Positions 1 through 8,489 of a stretch of DNA of 64,000 nt are shown here, one piece after another. Both the position numbers and the translations under genes were made by a program. The stretch comes from Candidatus Omnitrophota bacterium (GTDB lineage: Bacteria; Omnitrophota; Omnitrophia; Omnitrophales; Aquincolibacteriaceae), in assembly GCA_903856085.1 (NCBI GenBank), contig CAIOAT010000003.1, positions 64,318 to 128,317 on the forward strand. Reading direction: 5' to 3'. Below the pieces are notes generated by a model that was not told the origin of the DNA, searched no databases, and saw nothing but the letters and a program-made list of their open reading frames with translations. The first letter of the stretch is position 1; the number at the start of each line of letters is the position of its first letter.

Positions 1-678
1 GAAGAAATGCCGGCTTATGCCGAGGAGGTGCGCGAAGCGATCTATGAAGGTATCAATCTAATGCCGCTCACGCATCCCGTAGAGATATTAAAGAATCCGG
101 CGGGTAAGGTTACCGCGGTGAAATGTATGACCATGAAGCTTGGGGACTATGATCGCAGCGGCCGTCGATCTCCAACTGCAGACGGGGCGGATCAATTCAC
201 AATGGAAGCGGATCAGGTGATCGGTGCGATCGGACAGACACTTCAGGCCGGAAATCTTTTTGAGCTCAAGGATGCTGAGATCAAGATGACACAGAATAAA
301 TTCATTTATGCAGATTCCGTGACGGGCCAGACCTCGGTTCGCGGAATTTTTGCCGGTGGGGATGCTGCATCGGGGCCCTGGTCTGTCGTTGCGGCGATCG
401 GCGCTGGGGAGAGAGCCGCCGTGGGGATCGACCAACTTTTGACAGGTGGGGACCATGCGTTCTGGCGTGAAGAGAAGGCCGTGGACACGGATTTCGATCC
501 GGATGTGGATCCTGTTCCGTATCAGCGTGAACCGGTGTGTTCGATTCCGGTCGAGAAACGGAAACATAATTTTGATGAGGTAGAGCTTTCCTGGAATGAG
601 ACTGTGATGCAGCGTCAAGCCAAGCGCTGTCTTCGCTGCGATTACGGCAAGACGGTGACCCGGAGAGGGAACAAATAA
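1..678 (+). CDS. C-terminal part of a GltD-like FAD/NAD(P)H oxidoreductase (probably a NuoF-GltD fused hydrogenase partner subunit); 5'-truncated by the window
   Basis: EMPAYAEE motif, FAD-binding GIFAGGD, C-terminal EVE...QAKRCLRCD motif typical of GltD-domain subunits; TAATG overlap with hydA. Confidence 0.8.
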   Translation, partial: EEMPAYAEEVREAIYEGINLMPLTHPVEILKNPAGKVTAVKCMTMKLGDYDRSGRRSPTADGADQFTMEADQVIGAIGQTLQAGNLFELKDAEIKMTQNKFIYADSVTGQTSVRGIFAGGDAASGPWSVVAAIGAGERAAVGIDQLLTGGDHAFWREEKAVDTDFDPDVDPVPYQREPVCSIPVEKRKHNFDEVELSWNETVMQRQAKRCLRCDYGKTVTRRGNK

Positions 679-2450
679 TGCCGAAACTCTTTGTGAATAA
701 CCAGGAGGTGGAGGTCAAGCCGGACGCGACCCTTTATGATGCCGCCAAGGTCTTAGGTGTCGAGATCCCGACGCTTTGTTATCTTGAGGGCAAGTTGCCG
801 ATCGGGGCTTGTCGTGTCTGTCTCGTGGAAGTAGAAGGCGCGAAGACTCTTGTGGCCTCCTGTTCTACGCCGGCGGTCGAGGGCATGCGCGTCCATACCA
901 ATAATAAAAGAGTGCGTGAAGCACGGCGCATGGTCGTCGAATTGATCTTGAGTGAACATGAAGGAAACTGCCAATACTGCGGCCGCAGCGAAGACTGCGA
1001 ACTAAAAGAGATCGCGTCGCATTTGGGGATCGAAGACATCCACTATAAAGGTGAAAAGCCGGCGATCCAGATCGATAGCAGTACCCCGGCCCTTGTGCGT
1101 GATTCCGGGAAATGCATCAAATGCCGTCGCTGTGTGACGGTCTGCCGGGAAGTGCAGGGTGTGGGTTCGCTTTTTCCGCAAAATCGTGGCTACAAAACCA
1201 TGATCGGTCCGGCTTTCGCTATGGATCTGGACAGCGTGGCCTGCGTTCAGTGCGGTCAGTGTGCGGCCATCTGTCCAGTGGGTGCGATCCAGGAAAAAAA
1301 TGATATCGATAGGGTCTGGGAAGCGCTGGAAGACAAGACCAAGCACGTCGTGGTGCAGACGGCTCCCGCGATCCGCGCTGCTTTGGGAGAGTGTTTCGGC
1401 TATCCTCCCGGGACTCTGGTGACCGGAAAAATGGTGACGGCCTTGCGACGGATCGGCTTTCATTCGGTTTTCGACACTAATTTTGCGGCAGACCTGACCA
1501 TTATTGAAGAAGGTACAGAACTTTTGATGCGACTTAAAAAGGCTTTGGTCGAAAAGCAGCCTGTATCCCTTCCGATGTTTACAAGTTGTTCCCCGGGCTG
1601 GATCAAGTTCGCCGAATATTATTATCCGGAATTTTTACCGAATCTCTCCACGTGCAAATCGCCGCAGCAGATGTTCGGGGCTCTGGCAAAAACTTATTAC
1701 GCGACTCAAAAAGGCGTCAAGCCCGAGGACATGGTCGTGGTTTCAATCATGCCCTGCACGGCCAAGAAATTTGAAGCTTCACGGCCTGAGATGAATGCAA
1801 GCGGGTTTCAGGATGTTGATTACGTTCTGACTACCCGCGAACTCGGATTCATGATTGAATCGGCGGGTATTGATTTCAGAAGTCTTGAGGACGGGACGAT
1901 GGATTCTCCGCTTGGGATCTCAACTGGAGCGGCGGATATTTTTGCCAATACGGGCGGCGTGATGGAAGCGGCCTTGAGGACGGTCTATGAGATCGTGACG
2001 GGCCGTGAATTTCCTGGGGCGGACCTTCGATTGGGCCCTGTGGAAGGTCTGGCGGGCATCAAGGCGGCATCGCTTGTGATTACGGGGACTGTTCCGGAAT
2101 GGTCCTTTCTTGAAAATGTCGAGGTCAAGGTGGCTGTGGCTCACGGGCTTGCGAATGCCGCGCAGTTGCTGGATCAGATCAAGGAAGGTAAGGCGCAGTA
2201 CCATTTTATTGAGATTATGACCTGCCCCGGCGGCTGCATCGGCGGGGGAGGTCAGCCTCGCTACACGGACGATGCGGTTCGTCTTGCGCGCATCAATGCG
2301 ATTTATAAAGAAGATGCCGGGAAAAAGCTCCGGAAGTCCCATGCCAATCCCCAGATTAAAAAACTTTATGATGAATATTTGAAGCAGCCTCTCGGCGAGA
2401 AGTCCCACCATCTGCTTCACACCCACTACCACGCCCGCCCCAAGACCTAG
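678..2450 (+). CDS. hydA: [FeFe]-hydrogenase group A catalytic subunit (HydA/HndD-like, copy 1)
   Basis: H-cluster motifs TSCSPGW, MPCTAKKFE, EIMTCPGGCIGGGGQP; N-terminal 2Fe-2S, His-ligated 4Fe-4S (HEGNCQYC) and 2x4Fe-4S; C-terminal SHHLLHTHY. Confidence 0.95.
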   Translation: MPKLFVNNQEVEVKPDATLYDAAKVLGVEIPTLCYLEGKLPIGACRVCLVEVEGAKTLVASCSTPAVEGMRVHTNNKRVREARRMVVELILSEHEGNCQYCGRSEDCELKEIASHLGIEDIHYKGEKPAIQIDSSTPALVRDSGKCIKCRRCVTVCREVQGVGSLFPQNRGYKTMIGPAFAMDLDSVACVQCGQCAAICPVGAIQEKNDIDRVWEALEDKTKHVVVQTAPAIRAALGECFGYPPGTLVTGKMVTALRRIGFHSVFDTNFAADLTIIEEGTELLMRLKKALVEKQPVSLPMFTSCSPGWIKFAEYYYPEFLPNLSTCKSPQQMFGALAKTYYATQKGVKPEDMVVVSIMPCTAKKFEASRPEMNASGFQDVDYVLTTRELGFMIESAGIDFRSLEDGTMDSPLGISTGAADIFANTGGVMEAALRTVYEIVTGREFPGADLRLGPVEGLAGIKAASLVITGTVPEWSFLENVEVKVAVAHGLANAAQLLDQIKEGKAQYHFIEIMTCPGGCIGGGGQPRYTDDAVRLARINAIYKEDAGKKLRKSHANPQIKKLYDEYLKQPLGEKSHHLLHTHYHARPKT

Positions 2451-2469
2451 CGATTTTTTAATTTTTATG

Positions 2470-2498
2470 TTGCAAGGTTTTGGGTTTTTTGATAAAAT
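2470..2498 (+). promoter_or_regulatory. sigma70-type promoter of rex
   Basis: TTGCAA (2470-2475), 17 nt, TAAAAT (2493-2498) with extended -10 TG. Confidence 0.65.
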
Positions 2499-2503
2499 TT
2501 CAA

Positions 2504-2521
2504 TCGTTCGGTTTTTCACGA
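2504..2521. promoter_or_regulatory. Degenerate Rex operator candidate
   Basis: TCGTTCG-GTTT-TTCACGA vs consensus TTGTGAA-N4-TTCACAA; right half 6/7; lies over the predicted start site of rex. Confidence 0.4.
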
Positions 2522-2528
2522 ATGCGCT

Positions 2529-3146
2529 ATGAAAAAACTTCCCCGAAAGATCATTACAAGGGTTCTGCTGTACATACGGACGCTTGAAGGCTTGGTCAAG
2601 GAGAAGCGTTTTCTGGTTTCTTCGAAGCAGCTTTCGGAGATCACAGGGCTTTCGGACGTCAAGATCCGCAAGGACATCTCGAATTTTAAGAAAGTCGGGA
2701 AGCCCCGCATCGGTTATAAAACCGTAGATTTGAAGAAGACGCTCGAGAATTATCTGCTCCAGAATAATACGGTGCATTTAGTTCTTTTTGGAGTTGGAAA
2801 TCTTGGTTCGGCGATTTTGCAGTATCCTGGGTTCAATCGCGACAAGATCAAATTTGTCGCTGCGTTTGATGTCTCGCGTCACAAAATCGGCAAGAAGATC
2901 AACGGTGTGGGGATTTATCCCGTGGAACGGGCGCCGGTGATCATTAAACGGTGCCATGCCGATATCGGGATCATCGCGGTACCGAAAGAACAGGGCCAGG
3001 AAGTAGCGGATTATATGGTATTATCGGGGCTTCACCGGATCGTTAATTTCGCGCCTTGTTCGATCAGCGTTCCTGCGAAGGTGCAGGTTCGTAATATCGA
3101 TTTTACGATTGAGTTTTTGTCGCTTTTTTGCGATTCGCCGAAGTAG
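2529..3146 (+). CDS. rex: Redox-sensing transcriptional repressor Rex
   Basis: Winged-helix IRKDIS...G.GY; Rossmann GVGNLGSA; VNFAP motif. Confidence 0.93.
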   Translation: MKKLPRKIITRVLLYIRTLEGLVKEKRFLVSSKQLSEITGLSDVKIRKDISNFKKVGKPRIGYKTVDLKKTLENYLLQNNTVHLVLFGVGNLGSAILQYPGFNRDKIKFVAAFDVSRHKIGKKINGVGIYPVERAPVIIKRCHADIGIIAVPKEQGQEVADYMVLSGLHRIVNFAPCSISVPAKVQVRNIDFTIEFLSLFCDSPK

Positions 3147-3175
3147 AAGCCTCAACGAAAATGCGGGAGGATGCT

Positions 3176-3517
3176 ATGGAATATGACGCGCAAAAGATCC
3201 TGAGCCAGTTTAATGAAGCCATGGTGGATATCCGTAAGGCTGTGCCCAAGGAATATGAGGCTTTCATAAAAGAAAAGGAAGTGATACTTGCTTCCGGGAA
3301 GGTTCCGGAAAAGACCAAGTGGTTGCTTCTTTTGGTGGCTAGTACGACTCAGAAATGTCCGGTCTGTATCCCCCGGGCGGTACGTCATTGCCTGGATGCG
3401 GGTTGGACGAAAGAAGAAATGCTTGAGGCTTGCATGGTGGCGGTGCTTGTGGGTGGTTCCAGCGCTATGACTTATGTGTCGTTGGTAGATAAAGCCATCG
3501 AACAGATGAAAAAATAG
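3176..3517 (+). CDS. Carboxymuconolactone decarboxylase/AhpD-like protein
   Basis: PEKTKWLL...CPVC...GWTKEEMLEA pattern; GGAGG RBS before ATG 3176. Confidence 0.75.
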   Translation: MEYDAQKILSQFNEAMVDIRKAVPKEYEAFIKEKEVILASGKVPEKTKWLLLLVASTTQKCPVCIPRAVRHCLDAGWTKEEMLEACMVAVLVGGSSAMTYVSLVDKAIEQMKK

Positions 3518-3635
3518 AAAAAAGATACGGCTGAATAAGTCCAGTTTTTTGAATTTTTTTCTAAAGGGTGAATTGGACTAACCCTAGCATCCTTTGATGA
3601 AAAGAAAATAAGAGGCCAGGACAAGGAGCTTTTGA

Positions 3636-4127
3636 ATGGATAAAGAGATTTTAGAGCGAGAGGTCCGAGAAATCGCGGATTCCTGGAAAGACAAAGAAGG
3701 GAATCTGATCATGGTGCTCCACCAGATCCAGAACCGGTATGGCTACGTGCCGCGCGAGGTTTCGCTCGTGCTTTCCGAAATCCTGGATGTGCCGCTTGCC
3801 CGCATTTACGAAGTCATCACGTTCTATCATTTCTTCCGTTTGACCCCTCCAGGCAAGCACACGATCTCTGTTTGTATGGGAACTGCCTGCTATCTCAAGG
3901 GCGGGGCTGAGCTTTTGGGGGAGCTGGAACATCTTCTTTGCGTAAAACCCGGGGAGACGACCAAAGATGGTCAATTCCATTTGGAAATGGTGCGCTGTCT
4001 GGGGTGCTGTGGGTTGGCGCCTGTGTTGAAAATCGGGGAGAAGGTTTATGGTGGTGTGAAGAAAAAAGATATCGGTGACATCATCGCGCATTATTCCGAA
4101 GAAGCTGAAGCTCAGGCGATCGCGTAA
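3636..4127 (+). CDS. hndA: NuoE-like 2Fe-2S hydrogenase subunit (HndA/HydC)
   Basis: VCMGTACYLKG and RCLGCCGLAP motifs. Confidence 0.92.
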   Translation: MDKEILEREVREIADSWKDKEGNLIMVLHQIQNRYGYVPREVSLVLSEILDVPLARIYEVITFYHFFRLTPPGKHTISVCMGTACYLKGGAELLGELEHLLCVKPGETTKDGQFHLEMVRCLGCCGLAPVLKIGEKVYGGVKKKDIGDIIAHYSEEAEAQAIA

Positions 4128-4144
4128 CGGAGAGGCAGGCACCT

Positions 4145-4495
4145 ATGATTAAAATGACAAAGAAAGACTTAGACGCCACAAAACAGAAATATGCTGAAGC
4201 GGATCGTAACTGGATCAAGGTGGGTTTTAGCACCTGCGGGATCGCGGCTGGGGCCAAGGAAGTTTATGACACGTTGGTCGAAGAAAGCCGCAAGCACAGC
4301 GCTGACGTGGAGATTAAAAAATGCGGGTGTGTAGGGATGTGCTCCGCGGAACCGCTCGTGGAGGTTCATGTTAAGAATATGCCGACGGTGTTTTACGGCA
4401 AGGTCGATAAAGAGGTCGCGACCAAGATCATGGAAAAGCATGTGTGCGGCAAGATGCTTGTGAACGACAAGATCTACGATTTGAAACTTAATTGA
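4145..4495 (+). CDS. hndB: Thioredoxin-like 2Fe-2S ferredoxin subunit (HndB/HydD)
   Basis: TCGIAAGA and GCVGMCSAEPLVEV motifs. Confidence 0.88.
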   Translation: MIKMTKKDLDATKQKYAEADRNWIKVGFSTCGIAAGAKEVYDTLVEESRKHSADVEIKKCGCVGMCSAEPLVEVHVKNMPTVFYGKVDKEVATKIMEKHVCGKMLVNDKIYDLKLN

Positions 4496-4510
4496 GGATT
4501 TGGGGAAGCT

Positions 4511-6250
4511 ATGGGAAAGACAGTTTTCATTAAAGATACGGCGATCACGGGGAAGGACCGGACACGCGATTTCTATGGGGTGTTTCTCGGGACTTTGAGA
4601 GAAAAAGGGCTGGAGAACGAGGTTCAGCTCGTGCGTGTTGCGGATATTGGCATTTACGGCCAAGGGATGACTGTTCGGGTGTTGCCTGAAAATTTTCTTT
4701 ATACGAACGTTCAGGAGAATGATATCCCGGCGATCGTTCAGGACAGCGTTGTGGGAGGTAGGCCTGTCGAGGGGAAGGCGAGCGCGCAGCCCTCCAAGCA
4801 GCTTCGGATCGTGCTTCGTAATTGCGGCGTGATCGATCCAGAAAGCATTGAGGACTATATCGCGCGGGACGGATATCAGGCCCTCGCGAAGGTCCTCACT
4901 GAATACACGCCTGAAAAGGTGGCTCAGGAAATTAAAAATTCGGGACTCAGGGGGCGTGGCGGTGCGGGGTTCCCGACGGGATTGAAATGGGACATTACGC
5001 GCAAGGCCCAGGGCGACCAGAAATATATTATCTGTAACGGTGACGAAGGGGACCCAGGTGCGTACATGGACCGCAGCGTGCTGGAGGGCGATCCCCATTC
5101 CGTGATTGAGGGCATGACCATCGGAGCGTACGCGATTGGTGCTTCCAAGGGATATTTCTATATTCGGGCGGAGTATCCTCTTGCCATCGAGAGGATCGAA
5201 AAAGCCATGCGTCAGTGCCATGAGCGCGGGATTCTTGGCAATGGTATCTTGGGTTCTTCCTTTAATTTTGATCTCGAGATCCGTTTGGGTGCCGGGGCTT
5301 TCGTGTGCGGCGAGGAAACAGCGCTCATTGCTTCTATCGAAGGCAAACGGGGTTATCCGAGTCCGCGGCCTCCCTTTCCGTCTATTAAAGGACTTTGGGG
5401 AAGGCCGACCTGTATCAATAACGTTGAGACTCTAGCGAATATTCCGGTCATTGTGATGAAAGGCGGGGCCTGGTTCGCGGGTATTGGGACCGAGACCTCG
5501 AAGGGGACCAAGGTGTTTGCCGTCACCGGGAAGGTGAAGAATTCCGGTCTTGTGGAAGTTCCGATGGGGACTGCGGTCGAAGATGTTGTTTATGGAATTT
5601 GTGGCGGGGCGATGGCCGGGAAGAATGTCAAGGCGATTCAAACCGGAGGTCCTTCTGGGGGCGTGATCCCGAAAGAATTTTTCCAGACTAAAGTGGATTA
5701 CGAAAGTTTGCAAAAAATGGGTTCCATTATGGGCTCCGGCGGCATGATCGTTATGGACGAGGACGATTGCATGGTGGATATCGCTAAATTCTATCTTGGA
5801 TTTTGTGTGGATGAATCTTGCGGAAAGTGCGCTCCATGCCGTATCGGGGGAACGCAGATGTTGAAACTTCTTGTGAAGGTTACCGACGGAGAGGGGACGC
5901 AAAAGGATCTGGACCAGCTCGAGCAAATCTCCTTTGCCATGCAAAAAGCTTCTCTTTGCGGTCTTGGACAAACGGCCCCGAATCCCGTGCTTTCGACCTT
6001 GCATTATTATCGTGCCGAATATGATGCTCATGTGGACAAAAAGAAATGCCCGGCCTGTAAATGCGCCAAGTTGGTTCGGTTTATGATTATGAGCGAAAAA
6101 TGCGTGAAATGCGGCATGTGTTTTAAGGCCTGCCCTGTGGGCGCCATTTCCGGAAATCGCGAAAGCGGTTATTTGATCGATCAGACAAAATGTATTCGCT
6201 GTGGTCAATGCTTTGAGGTTTGTAAACCCCGCGCGATCAGCCGGGGCTAA
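4511..6250 (+). CDS. hndC: NuoF-like FMN/NAD(P)H-binding subunit (HndC/HydB)
   Basis: GRGGAGFP, CNGDEGDPGAYMDR, GAGAFVCGEET, GGPSGG, SCGKCAPCRIG, C-terminal 2x4Fe-4S. Confidence 0.94.
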   Translation: MGKTVFIKDTAITGKDRTRDFYGVFLGTLREKGLENEVQLVRVADIGIYGQGMTVRVLPENFLYTNVQENDIPAIVQDSVVGGRPVEGKASAQPSKQLRIVLRNCGVIDPESIEDYIARDGYQALAKVLTEYTPEKVAQEIKNSGLRGRGGAGFPTGLKWDITRKAQGDQKYIICNGDEGDPGAYMDRSVLEGDPHSVIEGMTIGAYAIGASKGYFYIRAEYPLAIERIEKAMRQCHERGILGNGILGSSFNFDLEIRLGAGAFVCGEETALIASIEGKRGYPSPRPPFPSIKGLWGRPTCINNVETLANIPVIVMKGGAWFAGIGTETSKGTKVFAVTGKVKNSGLVEVPMGTAVEDVVYGICGGAMAGKNVKAIQTGGPSGGVIPKEFFQTKVDYESLQKMGSIMGSGGMIVMDEDDCMVDIAKFYLGFCVDESCGKCAPCRIGGTQMLKLLVKVTDGEGTQKDLDQLEQISFAMQKASLCGLGQTAPNPVLSTLHYYRAEYDAHVDKKKCPACKCAKLVRFMIMSEKCVKCGMCFKACPVGAISGNRESGYLIDQTKCIRCGQCFEVCKPRAISRG

Positions 6251-6286
6251 GATAAGACAGAATTCATAGTGAGAGAAGGAGAAGTT

Positions 6287-8038
6287 ATGGTTAATGCTAT
6301 TATTAACGGGCTGAAAGTCGAAGTGCCCGCGAATACCACCATTTTAGATGCGGCAAAAAAGGTCCAGACTAGGATTCCGACGCTTTGCAAGCACCCTGAT
6401 TCCTACCTGCACGCTTCTGCGGCTTGCGGTATTTGCATCGTAAGGGTCAAGGGTACTAAAAAGATGTTGCGGGCCTGTTGCACTCCTTTGGAAGAGGGGA
6501 TGGACATTGTGACTCACGATCCGGAAATCGTATCGATTCGCAGGACGGTTCTGGAGCTTATTCTTTCCAATCATCCGAACGAATGTCTGACCTGCGGAAG
6601 GAATAACAATTGCGAACTGCAGTCTCTGGTGGCGGATTTTGGGATTCGGGAAGAATTCTATGAAAAGATCGTCCGGGATATTCCCATAGACGATTCGACC
6701 GGGAACATCGTGCTGGAACCCCGGAAGTGTATCAACTGCGGCCGCTGCGTCGATGTTTGCCAGAATGTACAGGACGTGTGGGCGCTTACTTTTCTTCAGC
6801 GAGGATTTAATACCCGTATTGCAGCGGCAGGGGATATTAGCTTGGCCGAATCCCCTTGCGTTCGGTGCGGGCAGTGTGCCGCTCATTGTCCGACCGGAGC
6901 GATCTTTGAGAAAGACGATACGAAGCTTGCGTGGAAAGCGCTTCGTGATCCAGAACAATATTGCGTGGTCCAGATCGCCCCTGCGGTGCGTGTGGCGCTT
7001 GGAGAGGCTTTCGGTTTTCCGCTCGGAGCCAATGTAACGAAGAAAATGTACACCGCTCTTCGGCGTATGGGTTTTAAGGCGGTCTTCGATACGAATTTTG
7101 CCGCAGATGTGACCATCATGGAAGAAGCGAGCGAATTTATCGAGCGGTTCGTCCATAAGAAAGGACCCCTTCCGCTCATCACGACCTGCTGTCCTTCGTG
7201 GGTGGATTTTATGGAAAAATTTCATTCGGATATGATCCCGTATTTCTCTTCCTCGAAATCGCCGCATGAGATGATGGGTGTGCTGATCAAAACCTATTAC
7301 GCGGAAAAGAACAAGTTGGATCCCGCGAAAATTAAAGTGATCTCGATCATGCCTTGCACGGCCAAGAAGTTTGAGATTTCGCGTAGCCACGAGATGTCAG
7401 TTTCTGGATTCCAAGACGTAGACGTGGTGCTCACGACTCGGGAACTTGCGCGAATGATCAAACAGTCATGTATCAATTTTTCAAACCTTCCAGACACGGA
7501 ATGTGATCATATTTTGGGGGATTATAGCGGTGCCGGAACGATCTTCGGGGCGACCGGCGGTGTGATGGAAGCGGCGCTGCGCACGGCCTATTCCTTTGCG
7601 ACAGGCAAAAAGCTTCCCAAAGTTGAATTTGAAAACGTCCGGGGCTTAAAAGGCGTCAAAGAGACTTCGGTCAACATTGAAGGCACGGAAGTAAAGATCG
7701 CGGTTGCGCATGGTCTTGCGAATGTGGAATATGTTCTTACTCAAATACGCAAGGCCCAGAAGGAGGGCAAACCTCTCCCGTATCACTTTGTCGAGGTCAT
7801 GGCTTGCCCTGGCGGCTGCGTAGGCGGTGGTGGACAGCCGTATGGCGTGACGGATGAACTGCGTTTGGCGCGTGCGAAGGGACTTTATTCGGATGACGAG
7901 GCCCAAACGGTCCGATGCTCGCATGAGAATCCGTATGTGCAGCAGCTTTACAAGGATTTTCTCGGGAAGCCCTTAAGTGAGAAGGCCCACCATCTGTTGC
8001 ATACGAAGTATCAGCCGTTGCCTATTTATAGGCGGTAA
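6287..8038 (+). CDS. hndD: [FeFe]-hydrogenase group A catalytic subunit (HydA/HndD-like, copy 2)
   Basis: TTCCPSW, MPCTAKKFE, EVMACPGGCVGGGGQP; same F-cluster layout as copy 1; AGGAG RBS before ATG 6287. Confidence 0.95.
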   Translation: MVNAIINGLKVEVPANTTILDAAKKVQTRIPTLCKHPDSYLHASAACGICIVRVKGTKKMLRACCTPLEEGMDIVTHDPEIVSIRRTVLELILSNHPNECLTCGRNNNCELQSLVADFGIREEFYEKIVRDIPIDDSTGNIVLEPRKCINCGRCVDVCQNVQDVWALTFLQRGFNTRIAAAGDISLAESPCVRCGQCAAHCPTGAIFEKDDTKLAWKALRDPEQYCVVQIAPAVRVALGEAFGFPLGANVTKKMYTALRRMGFKAVFDTNFAADVTIMEEASEFIERFVHKKGPLPLITTCCPSWVDFMEKFHSDMIPYFSSSKSPHEMMGVLIKTYYAEKNKLDPAKIKVISIMPCTAKKFEISRSHEMSVSGFQDVDVVLTTRELARMIKQSCINFSNLPDTECDHILGDYSGAGTIFGATGGVMEAALRTAYSFATGKKLPKVEFENVRGLKGVKETSVNIEGTEVKIAVAHGLANVEYVLTQIRKAQKEGKPLPYHFVEVMACPGGCVGGGGQPYGVTDELRLARAKGLYSDDEAQTVRCSHENPYVQQLYKDFLGKPLSEKAHHLLHTKYQPLPIYRR

Positions 8039-8060
8039 TATCAAGTAGCGTGGTTTTGAG

Positions 8061-8163
8061 TTCCTGAAGAAGAGGGCCCGCATAAGCTGGCCTGAAGCTA
8101 AGGGAAAGACAATCAAATAGTTGTCTTGTCCCAGCTTCCTCCCAGGAGCTGGGATTTTTTTTT
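8061..8163 (+). promoter_or_regulatory. Structured leader/attenuator candidate upstream of the hydrogenase maturation operon
   Basis: Stem-loop 8061-8106 with purine-rich internal loop, hairpin 8106-8127, intrinsic terminator 8129-8163; AAGCTGG (8084-8090) is complementary to terminator arm CCAGCTT (8131-8137). Confidence 0.55.
8129..8163 (+). terminator. Rho-independent terminator
   Basis: TCCCAGCTTCCT-CCC-AGGAGCTGGGA followed by T9. Confidence 0.85.
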
Positions 8164-8226
8164 GGCGACAGCGGGACGCATCCGTCAGGCTTTAGGATGC
8201 ATAACGAACCGGAAAGGACGAGACGT

Positions 8227-8475
8227 ATGAACAAACGTTTGGGATTTGTCGGGATCATTATTGAGGATCGCAAGAAGGCAGCCGAAGAGGTGAACCATCT
8301 GCTTTCGGAGCACGGAGACATGGTCGTGGCGCGTGTCGGGATCCCGTATAAGGAAAAACATTGCTGCGTGATTACTCTGATTGTGGATACGACGACCGAT
8401 GAATTGGGAGCTCTCACCGGAAAACTTGGAACGCTCGAAGGTGTGTCGGTCAAATCTGCGCTCACGAAAGCTTAA
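8227..8475 (+). CDS. TM1266-family iron-only hydrogenase system putative regulator (ACT/NikR-C-like)
   Basis: KRLGFVGIII...VNHLLSEH...ARVGIPY...GALTGKLG.LEGVSVKS pattern; position next to hydFGE. Confidence 0.88.
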   Translation: MNKRLGFVGIIIEDRKKAAEEVNHLLSEHGDMVVARVGIPYKEKHCCVITLIVDTTTDELGALTGKLGTLEGVSVKSALTKA

Positions 8476-8489
8476 GGAAAAACAAAGAC

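Noticed and set aside
1581-1601. TSCSPGW in place of TSCCPGW in HydA1
   Set aside because: Common natural variant among group A multimeric hydrogenases; not evidence of inactivation.
3538-3587. Overlapping inverted repeats upstream of hndA
   Set aside because: Short, AT-rich, no Rex box and no recognisable switch architecture; could be chance.
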